Below are positions 9,498 to 19,368 of a DNA stretch of 64,000 nt, in pieces (position 1 is the first letter of the stretch; every line of letters starts with the position of its first letter). This stretch comes from an uncultured delta proteobacterium (GTDB lineage Bacteria; Desulfobacterota; RBG-13-43-22), in the NCBI GenBank assembly GCA_963743305.1, contig CAVUPH010000042.1:32001-96000 (forward strand). The letters are read 5' to 3'. The notes under the pieces were generated by a model. That model was not told where the DNA came from, did not search any database, and saw nothing but the letters and a program-made list of their open reading frames with translations. Position numbers and translations under genes: made by a program.

Positions 9498-9639
9498 ATC
9501 TTCTATGGTCCCAGCGGTCGTATCTGTCCCCGCCATGTCGACGGTGTCCACCACCGTCATCATAATAGGGAATGAAACAGCCCCCCAGGGATGTTAAAAC
9601 CATCCCGAACATAATCCAAAACATAATAGTTTTTTTCAT
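9496..9639 (-). CDS. 47 aa lipoprotein; not in the ORF track
   Basis: MKKTIMFWIMFGMVLTSLGGC-FIPYYDDGGGHRRHGGDRYDRWDHRR*; lipobox LGGC; RBS GAGGA. Confidence 0.75.
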   Translation of the reverse strand: MKKTIMFWIMFGMVLTSLGGCFIPYYDDGGGHRRHGGDRYDRWDHRR

Positions 9640-9759
9640 TTTTCTATCCTCTAAGTTTATTATTTAATCGTTTTACGTTTATCCTTATCGAGCCCGATTG
9701 CTCACGACGGCACGGTGTAAGGCGGCGTGAGCAATCGGCGATCGACGGTGAGGATCCCC

Positions 9760-10048
9760 CTAGCGAATATCGAACGGGAAGGGGAGGAAGATTCTGATGC
9801 CCGGCGACGGAGCCGGGACAGCGTAGATCGGTGGACCATAACTCGGTCCCGGACGGTAGTAGCCATGGGGCCGATACGCCCGCCGTCCACGATCGTACTG
9901 CCGCCCGCGGTCATCGGCGCCAGTCGCGTTGCTGCGGCCTTTGGACTCTATCGCCATTTCTGCCGAGCGCCGGCCCCGCGGATATACCGCCGATCAGGGA
10001 GACAAAGATAAGCGCCATCATGATCTTACCGACTATTGAGATTCTCAT
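9760..10048 (-). CDS. Small secreted Arg/Tyr/Pro-rich protein, one frameshift near 9920
   Basis: Signal peptide MRISIVGKIMMALIFVSLIGGISAGPA joined to ...RRAYRPHGYYRPGPSYGPPIYAVPAPSPGIRIFLPFPFDIR. Confidence 0.65.
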
Positions 10049-10089
10049 AGGTCCCTTCCTTTCTTGACTTGTGGTTGTCAGGCCGGCGA

Positions 10090-10578
10090 TCATTTGCTTC
10101 TGCCCTTGCCCTTCCTATGGATTCCACGACGAAACAGGGTATCCGCATCCTTTTTCTGCTCGTCCGACATGCTGGCATAGAGCGCCTCGAAGGCCGGGAT
10201 GAAATTCTTGAGCCCCTCCGCATGGGCCTGGGCGATTTCGCTATAGGATTTGAGATCTTCGACGGCGGTCAGGTCCTTTGCTTTTTCGACCCTGGCCTGG
10301 TAAAGGGTGTCCATCGTTTTGGCATTGTCCCGCATCACCTGGGTGACCTTTTTCCATAGTTCTTCCTGGGCTGGTGTGATTTTGAGCTTGGCCTGAAGGT
10401 CTTTGATGCGAGCCTCGGTGCGGTCGACTTTAGAGACCTTAGCCGGGGGCTTCTGGGCCGGTTCGGCCGAAGCCGCCGGGAAAGATTGGCGCTGGCGAAC
10501 GCGATAGTGACCAAGAAGGCCACCGCCGAAATAACCAGTGCGCGTTGGATTAGTAAACTGATGAGCAATTCGTTTCAT
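10090..10578 (-). CDS. Spy/CpxP (LTXXQ) family periplasmic protein
   Basis: LKITPAQEELW and LYASMSDEQKKDAD motifs; signal peptide appears locally frameshifted. Confidence 0.85.
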   Translation of the reverse strand: MKRIAHQFTNPTRTGYFGGGLLGHYRVRQRQSFPAASAEPAQKPPAKVSKVDRTEARIKDLQAKLKITPAQEELWKKVTQVMRDNAKTMDTLYQARVEKAKDLTAVEDLKSYSEIAQAHAEGLKNFIPAFEALYASMSDEQKKDADTLFRRGIHRKGKGRSK

Positions 10579-10900
10579 GATCGGTCTCCTTTTGAGTGAT
10601 TAATGGCAAGTTGCCGGGGTTTTGGATCAAATTTCTTGCTTCGGTTCCCAAATTTCCATTTCGAGTGTAACCATCTTTGATGTCTCTTTTCATTTAACTC
10701 ATATTGCTTTCGATCGTGTGGGAGGGAAAAAGGTTAAAAAAAATAATAAGCGCGGATGGGTCCTTATTATCCCCCATAAAGGGAAGGAGACGCCGAAATT
10801 ATTTAGCTTATTGCCCCCGAGCGAACTCCAACTACCAGCCCTTAAGCAGGCTAATCTTAAAAATCAAGGAATACCGTTTGTAATGGGGGTCCGCCTTGGC

Positions 10901-11262
10901 CTATGTTTTATCCAACTCTTTCCTCACGGCCAGCCCCAGCTTCTCGATGACATAAGGCTTTTTCACATATTCGCCCGCACCCCAGGTCTAGGCGGTCGTT
11001 ACCCGATCCGACTCCGAAAAGCCGCTGACGATGATCGCTTTCTGTTGGGGAAGGATTTCCAAAATACGCTTAAACGTATCCCGTCCGTCCATACCGGGCT
11101 CCATAATCATATCCAGCACCAATAAATCCACTTCCTGCCCCCTTAAATATTCGATGGCCGCCTCACCGCTGGGAACACTCGCCACGCGGTAATTCAGCTT
11201 CTTCAGCATGGCCGCCGCCAGATCTCGCTGACCCTGGACCTCATCCACTACCAGAATGACTT
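10901..11262 (-). pseudogene. Orphan receiver domain resembling the C-terminus of a hybrid histidine kinase
   Basis: VILVVDE...DLLVLDMIMEPGMDG...KAIIVSGF, then after a frameshift LGAGEYVKKPY..KELDKT*; no convincing start of its own. Confidence 0.75.
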
Positions 11263-11267
11263 CTCTC

Positions 11268-12066
11268 TTACCTTCTATGGTCTCCCTCCTCTCCTTCAGG
11301 TCTTCCCGAGGCTGAGAGTGTTGTGGTTGCTGGACCTGCGGTCTTGGCTCTCGTCTTGGCGGCTGTTGAACCCTTTCCCGAGGTTCCTGCCTTGGCTGCT
11401 GGACCTGCGGTCTTGGCTCCCGTCTTGGCAGCGGCTGAACCCTTTCCTGAGGTTCCTGTCTTGGCTGCTGGACCCGAGGTGGTCTCTGTGGTTGCTGAAC
11501 CGAGGTGGTCTCAGTTGCTGATGTCGCTGAACCTCTGGCCTCTGTTGATATTGCTGCTGCCTTTGTTGTCTTAGTTCCTGTATCTGGTGTTGTGGTCGAG
11601 GTCGATAGCCCTGGACATCCCAAGTTCTTTGCCTTTCCCAATGTCGATCATTATGCCAGCTCTTCCAGTTCTGTTGAAGTTGGTGGTAAGGAATCCGTTC
11701 ATAATTCCACCGGTGCCCGTACCAATTATGGTCTCTGTAGTATCCTCTCCAACCTGGGTCTACCTCAAAATAAAAACTTGGAACACTATCATAATAACCC
11801 CAGCTCCGGTCATAATAGTGTGAGCGGTACCAGCGACCTTCCCATAGACGCCACCACCAACCATTCCAGAAAAACAGATCGACATCTATAGTAGGCACCA
11901 CGTAAACATCATGGGTATCGGGTATCACGATCACCTCCGGAGGCGCCTGAAAGACGATGGGTGGAGGCAGAGAAATATCGACGTAAATATTTGCCGCTGC
12001 CCTCGTTGAAATTGGAAGGACAATTAGCAGCGCAAAAAGCATTGTTCCCCAAAGCAACTTTTTCAA
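11268..12066 (-). CDS. Secreted Trp/Tyr-rich protein with Gln/Pro/Arg-rich repeat tail (frameshifted)
   Basis: RBS AAGGAGG, signal peptide, PPPIVF..PPEVIVIP, FFWNGWWWRLWEGRWYRS; tail continues in ORF 10988..11641; the 11268 end assumes one missing G. Confidence 0.75.
11329..11474. repeat. 69 bp coding tandem repeat (about 2.1 copies)
   Basis: TGGACC at 11331, 11400 and 11469; encodes VQQPRQEP.ERVQ..PRREPRPQ. Confidence 0.85.
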
Positions 12067-12209
12067 TGTATGGCCTCCTTCCAGTAGGTAGTTTTCCTTT
12101 ACAGGTCAGCCCATAAGAGCCATTTCTTATTATCTCAAGGTTATATTATATACCCCTGGCCTCCAAGGTCGAGGGATTAAAGCGGGTCCGCTGCTTCTCA
12201 CGGGGATCT

Positions 12210-12855
12210 TCATGGAGATGCCGGTGCGGAAGGTCCCGGTTGTGAAGCGGGTGGCCTGGGGGCCGGGACCTGGTTTTTGGAATCCGATGGGACCCGGACT
12301 CGACGTTCGGGGACCCATTTTCCGTTTACATAATGCCCCGGTACGGTGAACCATACCCCTTCACTATAAGCCGGTGGGGGTGGGGGGTGGTGTGTAGGTC
12401 CGCGTCGGACGGCGGACGACACCGGGGATCTGGTTTCCCTTGGCATACATGCATTGCTGATAGGCTATGTCGTAGCGCCTCTGGAGCTGATACCCGGAAG
12501 AAGCGCCGGCGCTGCCTCCGATGGAGGTTCCGCCGAGAAGACCGGCACCGGCTCCGATGGCCGCACCGGCGCCCGCGTTACCCGTGGCCGCACCGACCAA
12601 AGCACCCAGACCGGCCCCGACCACCGTTCCAACGGCCGCTCCGGTGGCCAGGTTTTCATTGGCGGTTTGACTTGGCGATGTTCCTCCGATCTGCTGCTGG
12701 GCCCACTCTCGGCAGACGCCGTCATCGGCCATGAACACTTCAAAGGGCTTTCCCGGGTTCGGCATCACCGTGACGGTCGGTCCTATCGGCATCGTGGCGC
12801 ATCCGCTCAGGACCAGGACCGGGAAGAGGACGAGAAGACCTGGTTTCCAATTCAT
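12210..12855 (-). CDS. Glycine-zipper lipoprotein with Pro-rich tail (frameshift near 12385)
   Basis: MNWKPGLLVLFPVLVLSGC lipobox; GAAVGTVVGAGLGALVGAATG; YDIAYQQCMYAKGNQIP. Confidence 0.85.
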
Positions 12856-12856
12856 A

Positions 12857-13309
12857 CTATCTCCTTTCTTTTTCCGAAGGGGGAGGAGTCGGAACCACCC
12901 TCGTCCACCCACCCGGACAGCTGGTGACGTAGGGGTAATACCCGGGGGGAGCCTGGCAGTAGTACCAATAGGGGTCTGGCTCCGGTTCGGCGTAGACGGG
13001 AGGCTGGGTAACCGCATCCGGGTAATAAGGAGATGGATCGGAATAAGGATAGTAATAGGGGTAAGGATAATACTCGTACGGATAGTAGTAGGGGAAGCCA
13101 AAGTGTCCGCCGAAAAAGACGCGCGGACCTCCGTAGAAATGGCCTCGGTTATGAAACCCTCCGTGGCCGCCAGAGAACCCTCTGTGGCCACCGCTAAATC
13201 CTCCATGACTACCGAAGCCTCCACCCCCACGATCAGCCTCTGCCTGATTCGGTGACACTAGTATGGTCAACAAAAAAAGGAGGCTTAACAAACAGATGAT
13301 TTTTTTCAT
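12857..13309 (-). CDS. Secreted Gly/His- and Tyr/Pro-rich protein
   Basis: Signal peptide, GGFSGGH repeats, YYYPYEYYPYPYYYPY, C-terminal YWYYC..P.GYYPYV..CP.GW motif. Confidence 0.85.
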   Translation of the reverse strand: MKKIICLLSLLFLLTILVSPNQAEADRGGGGFGSHGGFSGGHRGFSGGHGGFHNRGHFYGGPRVFFGGHFGFPYYYPYEYYPYPYYYPYSDPSPYYPDAVTQPPVYAEPEPDPYWYYCQAPPGYYPYVTSCPGGWTRVVPTPPPSEKERR

Positions 13310-13727
13310 ATTTTTTTCTCCCCGCTAGATTGAAGCGAGCAACTGGTTTGCTCAGGTTTTTTATTGATAAGACTTTTAAATGGACAAAAAAGTTAAAAAC
13401 CCCCTTCAAGACTATTTATGGTTTCCTGACTTCGTCTTTTTTAACATAATCATTTTCCGCATTTTACCAGGATAGGCCTTTAAACGAGAGGGGACAACCG
13501 GGTTCATTAAGAATTTGATTTCAGCAGCCAGACCCAAGTAAGCTTAACCTTAAAAAGTGATGGCCTTCGCCGGAACCGACTCCCGCAGATCGATTAGAAT
13601 TGAAAAACCAATATAATTTAGATAATAATAAATATCACCATCCCTTGGTGCAAAATCTTTAAGGAGTTTTCCTTTAAGTTTTTTTCTTTTCTTTCGATAA
13701 ATCCTATCAGAAGGAGTTTTTTTAACG

Positions 13728-14990
13728 ATGACCAAGGTCAATAGTGGCGTTCTCAATCCTGGGATGGTCCTGGGAGAAGATATCCATCTGCCGGATGGCC
13801 GACTGCTGCTGAAAAAGGGGACCATCCTCGATTTTGAGCATTTACGGTCGGTTAGGGTAGGAGGCGTGAAGGAAGTCGATGTTCTGGAGACCCTTAAACC
13901 GGGGTCCGGTTCCGGCACAACCGCCCCTGCGGTTCCGGATATCCACCATGGCGGAGAAAAAGCTCCCTGGGAAAAAAGGTTTTCCAAATGCGATCCGGAC
14001 CACCCGATCATCCAGGAGCTGTATCGGTTGGCCGCTGCAAACCTGGAATTTTCCGATCAAAAAGATTGGTCCGCTCCGGACTCGGAAAGCGGGCCACCCT
14101 CCGGTTTGACGACGGAGGAGCCCTCCTCTACCTATCAAGCCTTTCTCGGCGATCCTCGATCCTTGATTGGTCCGGACCTGGAACTGGTCTCCCTACCAGA
14201 GATTTTTTACCAGATTGAGGCGGTCATCAACAACCCCCGTAGTTCCGCTTTTCAGATAGCCGAGGTAATCAGCAAGGATCCCAACCTTTCCGCCAAACTG
14301 TTGAGGATTGTCAATAGCGCTTTCTATGGGTTTCCCAAGCAGGTGGACACCATCTCCCGAGCGGTAGCCCTGGTGGGCAGCGATCAGTTGCACCTCCTGA
14401 CTTTGGGGACTTCGGTTATTGCCTTATTTCGGGATATCCCTTCGGCGCTCATGAATATGGGCTGGTTTTGGGAACATAGCTTGGCCTGCGGAATAACCGC
14501 CCGCTTGATCGCCAGCTATAAAAATTTTCTTAACATCGAACAACTGTTTATTTCCGGACTGCTTCACGACCTGGGGAAGCTCATTATTTTTAGAAACCAT
14601 CCCCGGGAGGCCTCGGCTGCCCTAACCCAGGCCGGACGGGCCGAGTCGTTTCATTATCTGATGGAGCAAACGTTTTTGGGCTTTGATCACCTCCAGGTCG
14701 GATTGGCCCTGGCGGAAAAATGGAAACTTCCCTTAAGCCTGCAACAGGCCATTGGCGGTCATCACGACCCGTTGAATTATCCTCCTTCGGTGGATGCCGT
14801 CGTGGTCAATCTGGCCGATAATTTGGTGAATGCCCTGGGTTATGGAAGCAGCGGAGAGCATCTGGTAAACCCCGGGGTGGTGGATGTCTGTGAATTCCTG
14901 AGTCTGCCCGCCGGATTTTTGGGAAAACTGATCCCCCTGATTAATCGCCAAGTGGACGAAACCTTCCATCTTTTCCAGGCCTCTTCCTGA
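13728..14990 (+). CDS. HDOD domain signal transduction protein
   Basis: LVSLPEI, DPNLSAKLLRIVNSAFY, FWEHS, GLLHDLGKL, KWKLP. Confidence 0.92.
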   Translation: MTKVNSGVLNPGMVLGEDIHLPDGRLLLKKGTILDFEHLRSVRVGGVKEVDVLETLKPGSGSGTTAPAVPDIHHGGEKAPWEKRFSKCDPDHPIIQELYRLAAANLEFSDQKDWSAPDSESGPPSGLTTEEPSSTYQAFLGDPRSLIGPDLELVSLPEIFYQIEAVINNPRSSAFQIAEVISKDPNLSAKLLRIVNSAFYGFPKQVDTISRAVALVGSDQLHLLTLGTSVIALFRDIPSALMNMGWFWEHSLACGITARLIASYKNFLNIEQLFISGLLHDLGKLIIFRNHPREASAALTQAGRAESFHYLMEQTFLGFDHLQVGLALAEKWKLPLSLQQAIGGHHDPLNYPPSVDAVVVNLADNLVNALGYGSSGEHLVNPGVVDVCEFLSLPAGFLGKLIPLINRQVDETFHLFQASS

Positions 14991-15123
14991 ACGTTTCCTG
15001 AGAGTTTCCTCCTGGCGCGGAACGGGTGCCCTTCGGGCCCCTGCACGCTCTCCCGGCCCGAGGCGGGAAAAGGGGCAGGCGCCGTTCTGAACAAAAACCA
15101 GGAGGGTAAGGGGCCGCCGGAGC

Positions 15124-16026
15124 TTAGCGCAGCTTTTTGGCGAAGGCCGAGGCCTGGAGTCCGGCCACGCAGCCCTCGCCTACGGCCTTGGCCACCTGCC
15201 AGGGAGGGCCGCAGATATCCCCGGCGGCGTAGATCCCGGGGACATTGGTTTCCTGATTTTTGTCGGTCACGATATAACGGAGGGACTCGCTGTCCAAAAG
15301 GACCCCCAGCTTGCCGGCCAGTCCAATGGCCCCTTTGGCGCCCAGTTCGATAAAGACACCTTCCACCGGTACCAAAGACCCGTCATCCAGGACGAGCCCT
15401 TCCACCCGACCGGCACCTTGAATTTTATTTACGCTCCGGCCCTCGTGCAAATGAATGGCGCTTTTCCGAATTTGGAGGGCCAGCTTTTCAGCGACGTTCA
15501 ACTGCCGGCAGATGAGGTGAACCTCGGGGCTATAAAACAGGAGGGTTAAGGCGCCGCCGGCCGCCGCGCTTTCCCCGCCCACCACGGCCACCGGCAGATC
15601 CCGGTAGAAATTGGCGTCGCATTCCACGCAGTAGCTGACTCCCTTCCCGAGGAGCTCCTTTTCTCCGGGAACGCCCAGTTTGTTCCGGGAAATACCCATG
15701 CTGAGGATCAGGGCCTTGGCGCTGAAGATTTCACCGGCCTCGGTTCGGACTTGGAATTCCGGGGTCTGGCCTTCGATGTCCAGTACGTCCTCGTCAAGAA
15801 ACCGGGCGCCGGAACGCTCGGCCTGCCGATGCCCTTCCAAAAGCAGCGATTCCCCGGTTACCCCTGGCAGGCAACAGTAGTTTTCAATGTGGGCTTTGAA
15901 CAGGCTGCTTTTCGGCTGCCGGCCCAGGACCAGGACCGAAACTTTGGCTCGGGCCGCATGAATAGCCGCTTGCAGACCGGCCGGTCCGGTTCCCAGGATA
16001 ATAACCTCAATATGATTTTCGTTCAT
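15124..16026 (-). CDS. Thioredoxin-reductase-like FAD/NAD(P) oxidoreductase
   Basis: GTGPAG, GVSYCVECD (CxxC), GGESA, ETNVPGIYAAGD. Confidence 0.92.
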   Translation of the reverse strand: MNENHIEVIILGTGPAGLQAAIHAARAKVSVLVLGRQPKSSLFKAHIENYCCLPGVTGESLLLEGHRQAERSGARFLDEDVLDIEGQTPEFQVRTEAGEIFSAKALILSMGISRNKLGVPGEKELLGKGVSYCVECDANFYRDLPVAVVGGESAAAGGALTLLFYSPEVHLICRQLNVAEKLALQIRKSAIHLHEGRSVNKIQGAGRVEGLVLDDGSLVPVEGVFIELGAKGAIGLAGKLGVLLDSESLRYIVTDKNQETNVPGIYAAGDICGPPWQVAKAVGEGCVAGLQASAFAKKLR

Positions 16027-16049
16027 GGGCTCCTCCGAAAGCGAATGGC

Positions 16050-17201
16050 TTAAACGGGGATTTTCAGGGTCACGGTAGTGCCTTTCCCCGGATTTCCCTC
16101 GATGGTCAATTCCCCTCCAAACAGGATGGCCCGCTCCCGCATGCCCACCAGGCCCAGAGATTTGCTCCTGGAAATTTCCTCCTCCGAAATTCCCCGGCCG
16201 TTATCCCGGATGGTCAGCCGTAACCACTTTTTCTCTTCACTCAAGGCCGCTTCGACCCTGGTGGCCTCGGAATGGCGGACTACATTGGTCAAGGTTTCCT
16301 GAAAAATACGAAAAACAGCCACCGACCGGTCCGGATCCAGATCGAGTTTCTGAAGAGAGGACCGGAATCGGCAGCGAATGCCGGTTTTTTTTTCAAATTC
16401 CCGGGTCTGCCACTCCAGGGCCGCGACCAGTCCGAAGTCATCCAGAATGCGGGGCCTCAGTTCCGTGGAAAGCCGACGGACGGATCGAACGGTCTGATCG
16501 ATGCGTTTTTCCATGGCCTGCAATTTATCCCTCAGGGCGGTCTGATCCGGGAGGAGATTTTTCTCCACCCAGGCGGAGTCCAGCTTCAGGACGGTCAAAG
16601 CCTGCCCCAGATCGTCGTGGATTTCCCGGGCGATCTTGGCCCGTTCTTCTTCCCGGACCGATTGCAGCCGGGCTGAAAGGGCCCGTAATTTTCTTTGAGA
16701 GTTCTGGAGTTCCTCCTCCGCCATTTTTCGTTCGGTGATATCGCGGGAGATCCCTAAAATGGACTGGATCCGGTTTTTTTTCTTCTGAAAAGGCACCAGC
16801 CAAGTGTTGATCCAGACCTCCCGGGTGCCGAAAACGATTTTATTTTCCACATTGAGAGGGTTTCCGGTCTGGAAAACCTTCTCCAGGCTTTTTCCCTGGG
16901 CTTCGGCCACTCCGGCGGGAAAAAGGTTTTTCCGGGGGGTTCCGATTATTTTTTCGACGGGGAGACCCAGTTGGTGCGCCCCGAAGCGGTTGACATAAAC
17001 CACTTGATCCCGGCGATCAATGACGAAAATAAAATCATTGGCCGCATTCGCCAGCACCCCGTAGGGGTCATCATTCTTCACCCGGGGGGGACTTAGAGGG
17101 CGCAGGGGTGGGCGGCTGTTTTCCAAGGAGGCCAGCCGTTTTCGCAGGGTCAGGAGTTCGGCGACAAGCTGCTTTTTGGTTTTTCGATCGTCGACGGTCA
17201 T
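16050..17201 (-). CDS. PAS-domain sensor histidine kinase (HisKA_3)
   Basis: PAS/PAC, ERAKIAREIHDDLGQ, FRIFQETLTNVVRH, DNGRG, GLVGMRER. Confidence 0.93.
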   Translation of the reverse strand: MTVDDRKTKKQLVAELLTLRKRLASLENSRPPLRPLSPPRVKNDDPYGVLANAANDFIFVIDRRDQVVYVNRFGAHQLGLPVEKIIGTPRKNLFPAGVAEAQGKSLEKVFQTGNPLNVENKIVFGTREVWINTWLVPFQKKKNRIQSILGISRDITERKMAEEELQNSQRKLRALSARLQSVREEERAKIAREIHDDLGQALTVLKLDSAWVEKNLLPDQTALRDKLQAMEKRIDQTVRSVRRLSTELRPRILDDFGLVAALEWQTREFEKKTGIRCRFRSSLQKLDLDPDRSVAVFRIFQETLTNVVRHSEATRVEAALSEEKKWLRLTIRDNGRGISEEEISRSKSLGLVGMRERAILFGGELTIEGNPGKGTTVTLKIPV

Positions 17202-17367
17202 ATTCCTTATTAGAAACCTTTGGCCCGGCCAAAGTCAACTTGAAAGAGTTCCCCGGCCCCTGGGGGGCCTCTCAAAAGGAAGGAGCCCGGAAAAAGATTG
17301 GCGGCTTGATTAGGGACCCGGTTTGGAATATAATCGAGTTTTTCTTTGGAAAGGATCCACGAATAAG

Positions 17368-19363
17368 ATGGTCTATCGACTCCGCGCGCTGAGGTATTAT
17401 TTTTTGACGTTTCTGGTCCTGTTGTCGTCCGGGCTGGCCCTGGTCGGTAGCGGTTCGGTCCAGGCCCAGGAACCGGTGGTCCGCTATCCCCTGCTTCCTC
17501 CCCGGTACAGTTCCATCAAAGTCTTCGACGTCAAAGGGCGCTTTGTCGGGCGGATATTGTCGGAGAAACGCTACTGGGTGCCGATCGAACGAATCCCGGT
17601 TTTTCTGCAAAACGCCCTGGTGGCCATCGAAGACGCCCGATTCTATGAACACAGCGGAATCGATTTCAAGGGCATTGCTCGGGCACTGATGAAAGATGTC
17701 ATTAAGGGCCGAATGGCCGAGGGCGGATCGACCATCACCCAACAGTTGATCAAAAACAAATACCTCTCCCAGGAAAAAACGCTCCAGCGCAAAGTGAAAG
17801 AGGGACTGCTGGCCATGGAGTACGAGCGGAAATATTCCAAGAAGAAAATTCTGGAGATGTATTTCAATGAAGTTTTTTTCGGCAACGGGGCCTGGGGCCT
17901 TGCCCAGGCGGCGCGCCTGTATTTTGACAAGAATCCCGACGAGTTGAATGAGGCGGAGTGCGCCCTCCTGGCCGGGGTTCCTAAAGCCCCGACCCGCTTC
18001 AATCCCTTGGGCGAACCGACCAAGGTGCGGGACCGGCGGAATCTGGTCCTGCGGCGGATGGTGGAGCTGAAGATGATTTCCTCCGCCCTAGGCGGAAGAC
18101 TGATGGCCAGCCCGGTCAGCATTATCAAGCCGGGGGAGGCCCCCTACTATATGGACCATATCCGTCAGAAACTGGCGGAGCGTTATGGACCGGAAATCCT
18201 GGAAGGGGGGGGGGCTGGAGGTCACCGCCTCCCTGGACCTGGACCTCCAGCGTCTGGCCGAACGGGTGATCAGCGAAGGGGTGAAGCGTCTGGCGCCCGG
18301 CCTGCAGGGGGCCTTGCTCTGCCTCGACCCGGCTACGGGGGATGTCTTGGCCGTGGTGGGGGGGGTGGATTATAAAAGGAGTCCCTATAACCGGGCGTTC
18401 TACGCCAAGCGCCAGCCCGGTTCGGCGATCAAGCCGCTGATCTACGCCGCCGCCTTGGATGCGGGCCAGACCGCCAGCTCCCTGTGGAACGACACCCCGG
18501 TAACCTATAACAAAGGAAATGGGGAAAAATGGACGCCCTTGAATTACGAAAGGAAATTATACGGGGAAATCCCCTTGCGCCGGGCCTTGGCTTTTTCCAA
18601 CAACATCATCACCGTCAAGCTGCTGGAGCGCATCGGAGTCCCCTATTTTTTGGAATACGCTGCCCGGCTTGGCCTTTCCCTGCGTTCTCCCAACGATCTT
18701 TCTCTGGCCCTGGGAACGGAGGAGCTTTCCCTAAGCGATCTGGTTTTGGCCTATGATCCGCTGGCCAACCAGGGGGTCCGGGTGGAGCCCCGAATGATCC
18801 TCCGTCTCTACGATCGAAACCGGCAGGCCTGGTTGGAAAATCCTCCCCTGTCCATCCCGGCCATTTCTGCGGCCGAGGCTTATGTGATGACCCAAATGCT
18901 GAAAGATGTATTACTTTACGGTACCGCCAAATCGATCGCCGGGTTTGCCGGAGAACGTCCGGCAGCGGGCAAGACCGGGACCACGGATGATTACCGGGAC
19001 GCCTGGTTTGTGGGCTACACCCCCCAATTGATAGCCGGGGTTTGGGTAGGTTACGACCGGCCCCGGCCGGGGGGTCGGGGGTTTACCGGTGGAGCAATCT
19101 GCGCTCCCCTCTGGGCCAGGTTCATGCAGGGGGCCTTAAAAGACAAACCGGTGCTGGATTTTACCAGACCTCCCGGGGTGGTCTCGGCCTGGATTGACGT
19201 CCAGACCAATGCCCTGGCCAATAGCGGTTGTCCTAAGAGGCAGGAAGAGGTTTATTTGGCCGGGACCGAACCCACGGTCCACTGCCCGCTGCATGGCGGT
19301 GAGCCGATCGGTCCGTCGGGTTCCGTCGAGCGGGAGCCGAATAATCGTCCCTCGTTCTGGTAG
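17368..19363 (+). CDS. Class A penicillin-binding protein (PBP1A family), frameshift in G10 tract 18205-18214
   Basis: EDARFYEHSG and GGSTITQQ transglycosylase motifs; SAIK, SNN and KTGT transpeptidase motifs. Confidence 0.93.
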
Positions 19364-19368
19364 TTTTA

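Noticed and set aside
11329-11474. 69 bp repeat as a CRISPR-like array
   Set aside because: Contiguous in-frame coding repeat with no unique spacers
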